DNA of 64,000 nt from an uncultured Candidatus Saccharibacteria bacterium (GCA_964357395.1 CAYHLC010000003.1:14080-78079), one strand, 5' to 3'; positions 10,013 through 18,900 are shown, counted from the first letter of the stretch. Translations and numbers: made by a program. The notes: generated from the letters alone by a model not told the origin.

Positions 10013-10245
10013 TCGTTCTCCACCTCGCGTCCGATGCGCGCTTCGCGAGCGAGTATATATGCAAGGAGGGCTAATGATGCACCACCGTATCCAATCCACT
10101 TTGCAATTGTAGGGTTCGGCCACTCCATCATGTCGGGCACAAACGGCATGAGCGCCAGTGCTACGAAGGTTGCAAAAGCAACTCGCTCTACCGTCAGGGC
10201 CCGTTTGTGATCCGCCTCAGCCCCGGATTCAACTTCTCGTCTCAT
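10009..10245 (-). CDS. small membrane protein (78 aa)
   Basis: ORF track. Two TM segments (FATFVALALMPFV; YGGASLALLAYILA). Confidence 0.35.
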   Translation of the reverse strand: MRREVESGAEADHKRALTVERVAFATFVALALMPFVPDMMEWPNPTIAKWIGYGGASLALLAYILAREARIGREVEND

Positions 10246-10282
10246 ACGGTTAGCCTACGCCCGCGCCCCCCGTCCTTGTCAA

Positions 10283-10320
10283 AACAAAAACCGCCCGCCT
10301 GCGCAGGCAGGCCCGAAGGG
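10283..10320 (-). terminator. rho-independent terminator (minus strand)
   Basis: Minus strand reads GCCUGCCUGCGCAGGCGGGC (10-bp stem with one G-U pair) followed by GGUUUUUGUUUUG. Confidence 0.6.
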
Positions 10321-10476
10321 GCTGTTGTGCAGCGCGACAGTCACTGTTTTAGAAACGGATTGCTGCGATGAACAATAACCCTAATCCCACCGAGCCAAAA
10401 ACCTCCAAAGCCCACTTTCGGGTGCGCCGTCGATCAACTGCCATTCTTCGTTCTTCTCCACTACTATTGAACTTCA
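10285..10476 (-). ncRNA. putative independently transcribed small RNA or mRNA for a 42-aa tail-anchored peptide (MKFNSSGEERRMAVDRRRTRKWALEVFGSVGLGLLFIAAIRF)
   Basis: On the minus strand it is bracketed by a near-consensus promoter (TTGACT-17-TATAAA) and a strong intrinsic terminator. No listed ORF occupies this region. Confidence 0.3.
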
Positions 10477-10483
10477 TGCACAG

Positions 10484-10512
10484 TTTATAGCACTCCGAAC
10501 TTGGTGAGTCAA
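10484..10512 (-). promoter_or_regulatory. sigma-70-like promoter: -35 TTGACT, 17-nt spacer, -10 TATAAA (minus strand)
   Basis: Read directly on the reverse complement: aatTTGACTcaccaagttcggagtgcTATAAActgtgcatg. Confidence 0.5.
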
Positions 10513-10600
10513 ATTATTTGCCGTCGGTGTCGCACCTCGGGATGCCTATTTATCCACGTGCATAAATTGGTATCCTCTGATTTTGAGATAGTGTAGGTAT

Positions 10601-11239
10601 ATGGCGGTGCTGTTGCGAGAGCTGCATTCGAAGTCGTGGGAGGAAAAGTTGTTTCCGCAAAAGCCGGTGGCTGAATATTCAGGCAAGGAACTGACCGTTG
10701 CTCTACTCGCACTTCTTGCAGGCGGCGTTGTTGTGGTGTCGATGATAGCTGCGCCAGGACTGACACACGTTTTTGCTCACTTCAGTGCCAAGAGTAAGCA
10801 TGAGCGGTACCGAATCTATAACCGCCTCACGAAGTTGGAGAAGTCAGGATATGTACATAAATCCGGGCACTACTTTGTGCCAGCGCCAAAAGGGGTGGTC
10901 CTGATTCGCAAATCAATGTTGCGTGCCCGTACCAAGACGGGTGTGAAGCGGTGGGATGGTCGATGGCACATTGTGCTCTTCGATCTCCCTCGTACGCATG
11001 CCCCATCGCGGCAGGACTTGCGGCACTTCCTCTTGGACATTGGCTATGTGCACTACCAACACTCCGTGTTTGTCCACAAGTTTGACTTTAAAAAGGAGGT
11101 CGAGGAATTCTGCGCGCTTTACGGGGTGCGCGCATTTGTTAACTTTATTACCGCAACCGCCTTCGATAACACTCCTTCCGTTGAGAAAGAATTTATGAGG
11201 ATACAAAAACGCGCACGTGCGCAAAAAGGTAGCCCGTAG
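10601..11239 (+). CDS. PaaX-like transcriptional regulator (winged helix + WDGxW middle domain), possibly membrane-anchored
   Basis: RIYNRLTKLEKSGYVHKSGHYF resembles the PaaX wHTH wing. KRWDGRWHIVLFDLPRTHAPSRQDLRHFLLDIGYVHYQHSVFV matches the PaaX AWDGKWLLLL...R..L...GFG motif. 212 aa. Confidence 0.55.
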   Translation: MAVLLRELHSKSWEEKLFPQKPVAEYSGKELTVALLALLAGGVVVVSMIAAPGLTHVFAHFSAKSKHERYRIYNRLTKLEKSGYVHKSGHYFVPAPKGVVLIRKSMLRARTKTGVKRWDGRWHIVLFDLPRTHAPSRQDLRHFLLDIGYVHYQHSVFVHKFDFKKEVEEFCALYGVRAFVNFITATAFDNTPSVEKEFMRIQKRARAQKGSP

Positions 11240-11284
11240 TCAGGTCGTGATGTTTAAACAAAAAAACCGCCCGAGTGGGACTGA

Positions 11285-11491
11285 TCAATTTTTATGTTCT
11301 TTACTGTCGCTCTCGGTAGAGAATACGAGCCACATCAATCCACCTACTCCAGCAAAAAGTCCGGAGCCTATTAGAGCCATTCCTACTCGCATGTCATCGT
11401 GCGGGACTGCTGAACCCAAAATAGCACCAATCACCCCGCCAGCTATGATCCACTGCCAGGCGTTACCCTTCCGTATACGTTCATTTGTCAT
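11285..11491 (-). CDS. small glycine-zipper membrane protein (68 aa)
   Basis: ORF track. Two G/A-rich TM helices. Confidence 0.3.
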   Translation of the reverse strand: MTNERIRKGNAWQWIIAGGVIGAILGSAVPHDDMRVGMALIGSGLFAGVGGLMWLVFSTESDSKEHKN

Positions 11492-11542
11492 GTGTACATT
11501 TTACACCTTGCTCAACAGCCAATTGTCCCTGCGGTAACAACA

Positions 11543-12184
11543 CTACTTGTCGTCAGTGTCGGAGCCGACAACAGTGGGGGTGGTGTCGTCGTCAGAGTCC
11601 TCCGCGTCGCCCTTCTCAGGCTGCTCGGGTTCCTCGGGGTTGGTGCCCGCAATGAAGGATGGTAGGTATGCTGATCGTGACGAACCAAGGAGATACGTCT
11701 TCGATGCCTCGCCCATGTCGATGAAGTCGTCTACCGCCTCACGTAGGCGGCCGGAAGCGGACTTGCCAAAGGCCATTGCCTCGACCTGGACGCCCTGGCT
11801 CTTGAGGTACTCAACTAGTGGTACGAAGTCGCCATCGCCCGAGGCGAGGACTATGGCGTCCAACTTAGAGGCGAACTTGACTGCGTCCATAGCGATACCG
11901 ACGTCCCAGTCTGCCTTCTTGGCGCCGCCATAAAAGACTTGCAGGTCCTTGGTCTTGGTCTCGATGCCGATCTTGGTAAGCGCTTCGAAGAAGGCCTTCT
12001 CATCTCCCGACTCGGTGGTGACGACGTATGCTGCTGCATGGATAAGAGTGCGTCCCGCCACCGCCTCCTTTAAGACCGCGCCGAAGTTGACCCTCGATCG
12101 GTACAGATTCTTGGCAGAGTGGTAGAGGTTTTGTGTGTCGATAAAGACGCCAACTCGCTGTGCTTTGTGTTTGATTGCTGTCAT
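11543..12184 (-). CDS. NYN/LabA-like (PIN-fold) domain protein with acidic C-terminal tail
   Basis: VGVFIDTQNLYHSAKNL...IVLASGDGDFVPLVEYLKSQG matches the NYN domain signature. Acidic low-complexity tail. 213 aa. Confidence 0.8.
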   Translation of the reverse strand: MTAIKHKAQRVGVFIDTQNLYHSAKNLYRSRVNFGAVLKEAVAGRTLIHAAAYVVTTESGDEKAFFEALTKIGIETKTKDLQVFYGGAKKADWDVGIAMDAVKFASKLDAIVLASGDGDFVPLVEYLKSQGVQVEAMAFGKSASGRLREAVDDFIDMGEASKTYLLGSSRSAYLPSFIAGTNPEEPEQPEKGDAEDSDDDTTPTVVGSDTDDK

Positions 12185-12230
12185 AGATATTAAAAAATTA
12201 AGAGGCTCTTATATATACGTACGAATACTA

Positions 12231-12280
12231 AAAAAGTTTCAGCCTCTACACGTAAGTGTAGCGCATCACTATGAAAGGCT
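12231..12280 (-). terminator. compound hairpin + U-tract terminator downstream of rpsO
   Basis: Minus strand: CAGCCU...CUACACUUACGUGUAG...AGGCUG then AAACUUUUUU. Confidence 0.55.
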
Positions 12281-12298
12281 GAAGAAGTTCGGAGAGGC

Positions 12299-12565
12299 TT
12301 ACTTCTTCAATCCGAGAGTCTTGATGATCTTGGTGTAGCCCTTCTTGTCTGACTTCTCAAGATACTTGAGGTGGGTGCGGCGATCGGCAACCATCTGGAG
12401 GAGGCCGCGGCGGCTGTGCTTGTCCTTCAGGTGCTTCTTGAGGTGACCGGTGAGCTCGTTGATCTTCTTCGTTAGGAGTGCAACCTGGACCGATGCCGAG
12501 CCAGTATCGTCTGAATGCTTCTGGACGGCCTTAACGACCCTCGCCTTCTGCGTCTTTGTCAGCAT
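12299..12565 (-). CDS. rpsO: 30S ribosomal protein S15
   Basis: 88 aa. SVQVALLTKKINELTGHLKKHLKDKHSRRGLLQMVADRRTHLKYL is the S15 signature. Confidence 0.95.
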   Translation of the reverse strand: MLTKTQKARVVKAVQKHSDDTGSASVQVALLTKKINELTGHLKKHLKDKHSRRGLLQMVADRRTHLKYLEKSDKKGYTKIIKTLGLKK

Positions 12566-12640
12566 TGTGGTACTCTAGCACGCTTTTTTGCCGATTGCAA
12601 CTACTTCTTCTTACCTCAGAAGGCAGGAAACCGAGCCCCG

Positions 12641-12865
12641 TTAGTACCAGTCGTCCGCAGTGCGCCTCAGCTCCCGGATGGATTGGCTAACACCCATAGA
12701 CGCAACAAGTGCAACAATAATGCCACCCGCGATGCCAAGTATCATTTCAGTGAGCTTTGCCTGGTCCATATCTGTAAAGACTTCAGGGAACCCGAACACG
12801 CCTGCCCAATACATTGCCGTTGCTCCGGAATATCCAGCATCGATCAGTCCTCCAAGGACGAGCAA
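12641..12865 (-). CDS. small membrane protein (74 aa, TTG start)
   Basis: ORF track. Hydrophobic helices. First codon is TTG. Confidence 0.3.
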   Translation of the reverse strand: MLVLGGLIDAGYSGATAMYWAGVFGFPEVFTDMDQAKLTEMILGIAGGIIVALVASMGVSQSIRELRRTADDWY

Positions 12866-13110
12866 GCTGCACCACCGAGGAGTGCGAGGCAGAATGCCCC
12901 ATAGAGTACGGTGAGTGCAGTTCGCTTTACGGTAAACTTTTCTCTATCAGGCACAAGAGATCGCGCAGTAATGTGCGGTGGAGACATCATCGCGTGACGT
13001 ACCTCGACCATATGTAATTTAGTTGTACTCCTATCAAATATGAAGGGAAAGTGAGCAAAGGGGATAAGCTTGGGGATTTATTGTGCGAAGTGTGGGGATA
13101 TACTACCTAT

Positions 13111-14028
13111 ATGATGCTCTCGGAGCTGAAACGCGAGTTCCTCGAGTACCTGGAGATCACCAAGGGCCGCTCTATCAAGACGGTGACGAACTATGACCAC
13201 TACCTCTCGCGTTTCCTCAAGTTTGCAAAGACCGAGTCCCCTTCTGGGATTACGGACGCAGTGATTCGAGAGTATCGGCTTTGGCTGAATAGGCAGCCAG
13301 GGCCGACAGGTACACTCAAGAGGAAGACCCAAAACTTCCACCTCATTGCCCTTCGCGCATTCCTCAAGTACCTCGCCAAGCGAGATGTGAAGAGTTTGCA
13401 GCCAGACAAGATCGAGCTCGCCAAGGTCCCCGAGCGCTCGCTCGACCTCATAACCCATGCGGAACTCGAGCGGCTTATGAACGCGCCCTCCGAAGCTTCA
13501 GCGAAGGAGGGGGCCCCAAAATTAAAGGCGTTACGGGACAAGGCGATATTGGAACTCCTCTTCTCTACCGGGCTCCGCGTCTCCGAGCTGTGCTCCTTGG
13601 ACTCCGACCTCGACCTGACTCGAGACGAGTTGTCGGTGCGCGGTAAGGGGGAGAAGATCCGAGTCGTGTTCCTCTCTGACCCTGCCAAGAAAGCAACCGC
13701 TGCGTATCTGAAGGCCAGGAAGGACATGGAAGAGGCACTATTCGTAAGCTACGGCAGAGGCAACCAGAAGCCAGGGCGACTCACGCCACGTGCGGTCGAG
13801 ATGTCGGTCAAATACTATGCGATCAAAGCGGGTATTACAAAAAAGGTGACGCCCCACGTCATCCGCCACTCGTTCGCGACCGACTTGCTGGAGAACGGCG
13901 CCGACCTCCGCTCAGTGCAGGCGCTCCTCGGCCACGCCAATATTCAGACTACGCAGGTCTACACCCACGTCACCGACAAGCACCTGCGTGACATCCACAA
14001 ACGCTTCCACGGCCAACGCCGCGGCTAG
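13111..14028 (+). CDS. tyrosine site-specific recombinase, XerC/XerD family
   Basis: The C-terminal catalytic region (RHSFATDLLENGADLRSVQALLGHANIQTTQVYTHV; R..H.R.Y tetrad) and the N-terminal core-binding domain align with XerC from MMLSELKREFLEYL. The track ORF starts 60 nt earlier at a GTG. Confidence 0.9.
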   Translation: MMLSELKREFLEYLEITKGRSIKTVTNYDHYLSRFLKFAKTESPSGITDAVIREYRLWLNRQPGPTGTLKRKTQNFHLIALRAFLKYLAKRDVKSLQPDKIELAKVPERSLDLITHAELERLMNAPSEASAKEGAPKLKALRDKAILELLFSTGLRVSELCSLDSDLDLTRDELSVRGKGEKIRVVFLSDPAKKATAAYLKARKDMEEALFVSYGRGNQKPGRLTPRAVEMSVKYYAIKAGITKKVTPHVIRHSFATDLLENGADLRSVQALLGHANIQTTQVYTHVTDKHLRDIHKRFHGQRRG

Positions 14029-14089
14029 CAGTTGCTACTAGTAGTAACCAGCGCCCCCCAACCAAGGTTAGATAGATGGCGCCAGAGAT

Positions 14090-14124
14090 TTGACACAAAG
14101 TCTATAAAGTGTTAGTATATATCT
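14090..14124 (+). promoter_or_regulatory. sigma-70-like promoter TTGACA-17-TAGTAT followed by 5' hairpin
   Basis: gatTTGACAcaaagtctataaagtgtTAGTATatatctaGCGCCaaagGGCGCattttgtATG. Confidence 0.5.
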
Positions 14125-14146
14125 AGCGCCAAAGGGCGCATTTTGT

Positions 14147-15166
14147 ATGGAACGCACATACGTATTGATCGGTGCACTCGTCAGCTTTGTCGCACTTGCG
14201 ACGGCGACGGAAGCAATTGCTGACGTCATTCCTGACCCTGAGCAGGTGGACACCTCGTTCGACTCGCTCGAGCGCCTACTTGCGCAGGTGCACTCGCCCT
14301 ACGTCACCGCAGACTCCCTCACACAACTGAAGAAGGTGTTGGAGTATCGCGTACACGACCTTGATGTGTTGATCGCAGCAATGAAGGAGGTAGCACCTGA
14401 TGACTCAAACGAGATGGTCAAGCTTATGCGCGCTCGGAACGAACTTGCAGTTATAGAGGATCGTATCGATCAACTACTTCCTCGTCTCGAGGAGCTGGAG
14501 CGCAGTGGCAAGAGTGCATACCGGATCAACATGGCTGCAGCGGAGGACGCAAAGCTTATCCCGAAGTTTGATGTCGACGAGGTAGAGGAGATACACAAGC
14601 GCACGGTCGGGCTCTACAACGGAGTGACGTACGGTGAGGTTTTGATCAAAGACAAAAACGCAAACTTGATCGAGGTTAAGCTCACTGACCTTATTAAGCT
14701 CGGCAATACGTCAGACAAGGTATCGCCCGCTCTCGCACACCGCTTCGTTGAGATTTTGCAAAACACGAACAGTGGAGCTAGTGGATGGCAGCTGAACTCC
14801 GGGGCATTCGAGCATCCAAAAGCACATGGTGGCGGCTCGGAACACATCCGTAGTCCGCAAATGCTTAACTGCATTGATATCAGGCCGACCCTTGATAAGG
14901 GTATGGACCCACGGCGCCTTGGCGAGTTCCTCCTTGCAGCGCAGAAGAGCGGGGATATCTCCTTCTTCCAGCTCGAGACGGGACCTGATTACACTGTCGA
15001 CCAGATGAAGGCCGCTCTTGTTAAGGAGTGGGGCGGCAAGGCAACTCCTGATGAGCTGAAGTATATGCTGAGCAAGGTCCACGCAGGCGGATCTGGTATC
15101 CACTTCCACACCGAGTTTAAAGGCCCCGCGTTCCACACAGCGTATCCCGATACGCGTGCTGCATAG
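14147..15166 (+). CDS. hypothetical secreted protein (339 aa)
   Basis: Signal peptide MERTYVLIGALVSFVALATATEA. No recognisable family. Confidence 0.55.
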   Translation: MERTYVLIGALVSFVALATATEAIADVIPDPEQVDTSFDSLERLLAQVHSPYVTADSLTQLKKVLEYRVHDLDVLIAAMKEVAPDDSNEMVKLMRARNELAVIEDRIDQLLPRLEELERSGKSAYRINMAAAEDAKLIPKFDVDEVEEIHKRTVGLYNGVTYGEVLIKDKNANLIEVKLTDLIKLGNTSDKVSPALAHRFVEILQNTNSGASGWQLNSGAFEHPKAHGGGSEHIRSPQMLNCIDIRPTLDKGMDPRRLGEFLLAAQKSGDISFFQLETGPDYTVDQMKAALVKEWGGKATPDELKYMLSKVHAGGSGIHFHTEFKGPAFHTAYPDTRAA

Positions 15167-15187
15167 AGCTAGTGTTATTCTGCCCTT

Positions 15188-15985
15188 ATGCGACTCGCCT
15201 CTTGGAACGTCAACGGCATACGGGCAGTCAACAATAAGGGCTTATTAGTGCCCTTTTTTAAGAAGTACGACCCAGACATCGTCTGCTTGCAGGAGACCAA
15301 GGCCATGGAAGGCCAGGCCGAGGTCGACCTCCCCGAGTATGAGGAGTATTGGAATAGCGCAGTTAAGAAGGGCTACTCCGGCACGGCCATCTTTACCAAA
15401 ACAAAGCCGCTTTCGGTGGTCAACGGGATCCCAGACAAGTTTTGCAAAAAGTTTGGTTTAGTTGCCGACAAGTATGGCGACCCTACGACCGAAGGGCGGG
15501 TCATCGCAGCCGAGTTCCCCAAGTTCTGGGTCATTGCTGTATACACGCCGAACGCCAAAGAGAGCCTCGACCGACTGAAGCTCCGCCATGAGCAATGGGA
15601 CCCTGCCTTCCTCGCGTACTGCGTGGAGTTGCAGAAAAAGAAGCCAGTCTTGTTCTGTGGTGACCTCAATGTCGCGCACGGGCCAGACGATCTGACACAT
15701 CCTAAGGCGAATGAGGGTGGGCACGGGTACACGGAAGAAGAGCGTTCGGGCATCGACAAGATTTTGGCCGCAGGATTCGTCGACACGTTCCGCCTCTTTA
15801 CGAAAGGCAATGGCCACTACAGCTGGTGGAGCAACTTTAGTAACGCCCGCGCAAGGAACGTTGGCTGGCGTATCGACTACTGGTTCGCCACGAAGTCGCT
15901 GGTCCCTAAGATCAAGGCCGCCACCATTGCGCCCGAGATCATGGGCTCCGACCACTGCCCTGTCATCCTAGATATTGCGATTTAG
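15188..15985 (+). CDS. xth: exodeoxyribonuclease III (AP endonuclease)
   Basis: MRLASWNVNGIRA...DIVCLQETK...GDLNVAH...WWS...RIDYWF...SDHCPV matches the Xth/APE1 family motifs. 265 aa. Confidence 0.95.
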   Translation: MRLASWNVNGIRAVNNKGLLVPFFKKYDPDIVCLQETKAMEGQAEVDLPEYEEYWNSAVKKGYSGTAIFTKTKPLSVVNGIPDKFCKKFGLVADKYGDPTTEGRVIAAEFPKFWVIAVYTPNAKESLDRLKLRHEQWDPAFLAYCVELQKKKPVLFCGDLNVAHGPDDLTHPKANEGGHGYTEEERSGIDKILAAGFVDTFRLFTKGNGHYSWWSNFSNARARNVGWRIDYWFATKSLVPKIKAATIAPEIMGSDHCPVILDIAI

Positions 15986-16278
15986 TCCTGCTCGGTCACT
16001 CGCTTAACCTCGCGGCCAAACAATACTCTAAATCCTGTGGTCTCGTGCTTCTCGTTGTAGATATACTCGTTGCCCACAATCTTGAAGCCATCAGGTATCC
16101 TCATTGATTCTGAACGCGACTTGCCACCGACTCCTGTAATCTCAAAGATTATTTCCTTTTCAAGGACCGTGATGTTTGTTATGTAGTCGTCCTTGGCGAG
16201 GTCAATATCCCTGTTGGTGATCTCGATGGTGACGGTCTCTATTTTGGCAAAAAGTTCCGGTCCTTGTGCGTACTCCAT
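15982..16278 (-). CDS. hypothetical acidic protein (98 aa), lower-GC cassette
   Basis: ORF track. Locally AT-richer. No family call. Confidence 0.4.
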   Translation of the reverse strand: MEYAQGPELFAKIETVTIEITNRDIDLAKDDYITNITVLEKEIIFEITGVGGKSRSESMRIPDGFKIVGNEYIYNEKHETTGFRVLFGREVKRVTEQD

Positions 16279-16287
16279 ACTGGTTAT

Positions 16288-16569
16288 TTATATCTCGTCC
16301 TTATAAAAGTCTACGATCACCGCTATGCCCGCTTCGTTGTAGCGACCAGCTGAACTGAAACTGTATCCTTTTGGTACCGGCACCTGCTTAACTCGTCGCA
16401 CGAAGCCTAGTTGATCAGAAATAAGCCTGAAATAGACAAATACAATGCCGTCCTTGCATATTCCCCATGCTATCTCGTTGGGATCCTCAAGCGGCACCTC
16501 TACACTTCGCGAGATTGGTTCCGCGCTGGCTAGCTTAACTGATTCTCCAAAGCCCATATTGTGTGTCAT
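16288..16569 (-). CDS. hypothetical protein (93 aa), lower-GC cassette
   Basis: ORF track. 10 nt downstream of the previous gene on the same strand. Confidence 0.4.
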   Translation of the reverse strand: MTHNMGFGESVKLASAEPISRSVEVPLEDPNEIAWGICKDGIVFVYFRLISDQLGFVRRVKQVPVPKGYSFSSAGRYNEAGIAVIVDFYKDEI

Positions 16570-16675
16570 ATCTAGGTAATACTTAGCCTACCATGTCAAG
16601 GTTACGCCGGATTGCGGGCCTAGCTGTGGCTAACTAGTATGGACTTCTGATGAAGGTGGGCGTACGCTGCACCTT

Positions 16676-17146
16676 ATGTCTCCAGAGCTCCGCATCGGAC
16701 TCCTGGCAGTTGGTGCATCGGCTCTCGCGGTGCTCCTAGTTTCTGAGTGGGAGAACGTCACATCAGTTTTTGATAGCGAGCAACCTAAGTTCGGTACCGG
16801 CCTCCGCCCGGCATTTAGCGACGTTCCACCTCGTATCGAAGCCCCTGTGGAGCAGCCGAACATCTTCCAGAACAACATGAAGAAAATTGATGACGGCCAA
16901 ACGATGTTCAGAAATGCTGCTGTTGGTAGGCGGGTGGATATGGCCTGCTTCAACGGGCTTATGAACGACATCGATAGTAACCAGGAACAACTAATCAGCA
17001 TCAGGCAGTTCCTCGAGAGTGGTCAGGGTACTCCTGAGGAGCGAGCAGATGCATTGGCTCTGGCAAATAAGCTAAGTCACGATATCTTTTCTAAGATGGG
17101 CAATGCGCAGCGCATGATAAGCGGACAGCCGGCCTTCTGCGCGTAA
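16676..17146 (+). CDS. hypothetical secreted protein (156 aa)
   Basis: Signal peptide MSPELRIGLLAVGASALAVLLVS. No family call. Confidence 0.45.
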   Translation: MSPELRIGLLAVGASALAVLLVSEWENVTSVFDSEQPKFGTGLRPAFSDVPPRIEAPVEQPNIFQNNMKKIDDGQTMFRNAAVGRRVDMACFNGLMNDIDSNQEQLISIRQFLESGQGTPEERADALALANKLSHDIFSKMGNAQRMISGQPAFCA

Positions 17147-17283
17147 TCCACAGGGTGTCCTTTACGACCTTTATAAAGGACATATACTTATATCAGATGT
17201 TCCTTGGTTAGTGTCTTATTGGCTGCTTACACATCCTCATCTCCGTTGAAATTTGCGATGAAGTAGAGCCAACATACAATAAC

Positions 17284-17318
17284 CGAAAAGCCTCCTACGG
17301 ACTCGTAGGAGGCTTTTC
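17284..17318. terminator. bidirectional intrinsic terminator
   Basis: aaaaGCCTCCTACggactcGTAGGAGGCtttt is a perfect 9-bp stem flanked by an A-run and a T-run. It lies between convergent genes 16676-17146(+) and cca(-). Confidence 0.7.
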
Positions 17319-17329
17319 ATATAGGGCAG

Positions 17330-18793
17330 TTAGTCTACCCAGAACTTCTTTTCTATGTCCTTTACAGCGTCAGCCTCGACTTCCTCCATTTTCCTCCGGC
17401 CGGAGGTGCCCATTTGGATCAACTGATTGTCCGATAGCTTAGACAGCTGCTTGGCCCTCTCGGACAGAGTCTCCCTAGTGTTTCTTGCAGGTTCCTCGAG
17501 CACTTCCTCAAGAAGGGCGTGGAGCATGTGCCCGACTCGGGGCCCCGGCTTCTCCCCTACCTGTTTCATAAGCTCGGCGCCGTCCAAGGCGAGCATCCCG
17601 ACGGTTACCGGATCGCGGAGTGCCTGCTCGACCATCGCCATGTACTTGCGGAGTCGGAACGGCTGCTCCTTCGGCCTCCCCGTACCTATCCGGTCACATA
17701 TACGGAGGTTCAGGAGATCGGCAACGTTCTCCCTACCCACATTCGCAATGATCCGGCGCACAGCGGACATAGTGATCTTATCAGGATCGGAAAAGAACAT
17801 GTGCCAGCGGACGAGCGCCACCACCTTGTCAGAGATGTCCTGTGGGAACTTGAGGTCACGCATAATCCTTTTCGTGACCTTGGCCCCCACTACCTCGTGG
17901 CCATGGAACGTCCAGTCCCGCTTCTCATCGGACCAACGTCTAGTCTCCGGCTTGGAGACGTCGTGGAACAGCGCTGCGACCCGCACGGCCGTGTTCCACT
18001 TCTTGTCCGCAGCGTGCTGCATAGCGCGCAGCAGGTGCTCGTACACGTCAAACGAGTGTGCCTGGTTCTGTGCAACGCCTATGCCTCGCTCGAGGTCGGG
18101 GGCAACGTGCTTGAGGAGGCCGAGTTTCTGCATCATCACCACTGCAGCCATAGGCTGGTCTGTCTTCACCGTCTTTAAGAGCTCGTCGCGGATACGCTCC
18201 TTAGAGATATTAGCCAGATTGTCGGCGTTCTTGTATATCGCCTCCGCAGTCCCCTGTTCGATAGCAAAGCCCAGCTCCGCCGCGAGGCGGACCGCGCGCA
18301 TCATCCGGAGTGCGTCCTCCTTAAAGCGCATCTCTGCGTCCCCCACGGCGCGCAGCAACTTCCCTTTCATATCCGTTTGTCCGCCGTGCTCGTCCACCAG
18401 CTTTCCAGACTTTGGACGGTACGCAAGTGCGTTGACGGTAAAGTCGCGTCGGGTGAGGTCCTCACTAAGGCTCACTCCGAATGTCACACTCTCTGGCCTC
18501 CTAGCATCCTTGTACTCCCCCTCCGCCCGATACGGGGTCACCTCAACCACCTGCAGCGTCTCGTCCTCGCTCTCCGTCTTGACCCCCACTGTGCCGAAGT
18601 CGTTTTCATAAAAGCTGTCTGGGAAGACATTCTGAATCTGATCTGGATGTGCGTTGGTCGTGATGTCCCAGTCCTTAGGCACCTTCCCCACCAAGAGGTC
18701 GCGCACGCAGCCACCCACGAGGTATGCCTCGTACCCCGCCTTTTCCAGCTCGTCTGCTACACCTTGTACGACCGGTGGGATAGTAAACTTCAC
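17330..18793 (-). CDS. cca: CCA-adding tRNA nucleotidyltransferase with HD domain
   Basis: GGCVRDLLVG...DWDITT pol-beta NTase head plus an HD phosphohydrolase region. 487 aa. The start codon is GTG (forward cac). Confidence 0.9.
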   Translation of the reverse strand: MKFTIPPVVQGVADELEKAGYEAYLVGGCVRDLLVGKVPKDWDITTNAHPDQIQNVFPDSFYENDFGTVGVKTESEDETLQVVEVTPYRAEGEYKDARRPESVTFGVSLSEDLTRRDFTVNALAYRPKSGKLVDEHGGQTDMKGKLLRAVGDAEMRFKEDALRMMRAVRLAAELGFAIEQGTAEAIYKNADNLANISKERIRDELLKTVKTDQPMAAVVMMQKLGLLKHVAPDLERGIGVAQNQAHSFDVYEHLLRAMQHAADKKWNTAVRVAALFHDVSKPETRRWSDEKRDWTFHGHEVVGAKVTKRIMRDLKFPQDISDKVVALVRWHMFFSDPDKITMSAVRRIIANVGRENVADLLNLRICDRIGTGRPKEQPFRLRKYMAMVEQALRDPVTVGMLALDGAELMKQVGEKPGPRVGHMLHALLEEVLEEPARNTRETLSERAKQLSKLSDNQLIQMGTSGRRKMEEVEADAVKDIEKKFWVD

Positions 18794-18818
18794 ATTGCTA
18801 TTGTACAGTTAATTCACT

Positions 18819-18893
18819 GCTCCCGTAGTGAAACGGATATCACTCCAGTCTTCGAAACTGGCATTTCAAGTTCGAGTCTTGACGGGAGCACCA
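18819..18893 (+). tRNA. tRNA-Arg (anticodon TCG), CCA encoded
   Basis: GCTCCCG TA GTGA AACGGATA TCAC T CCAGT CTTCGAA ACTGG CATT TCAAG TTCGAGT CTTGA CGGGAGC A CCA. Cloverleaf hand-folded. Confidence 0.8.
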
Positions 18894-18900
18894 ACTAATG

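Noticed and set aside
10601-11239. Possible Cas2 (FDLP...R..LR..L...G...QHSVFV pattern)
   Set aside because: The WDGxW motif and the preceding wHTH match the PaaX regulator family. No cas1 or CRISPR array is nearby.
13051-13110. Upstream GTG start for the XerC-family gene
   Set aside because: Alignment to the XerC N-terminus begins at MMLSELKREF (13111) and a -10-like element ends 6 nt before it. The 20-codon extension is probably not translated.
17427-18611. 394-aa and 219-aa + strand ORFs inside cca
   Set aside because: Antisense shadow ORFs of a well-supported minus-strand gene.
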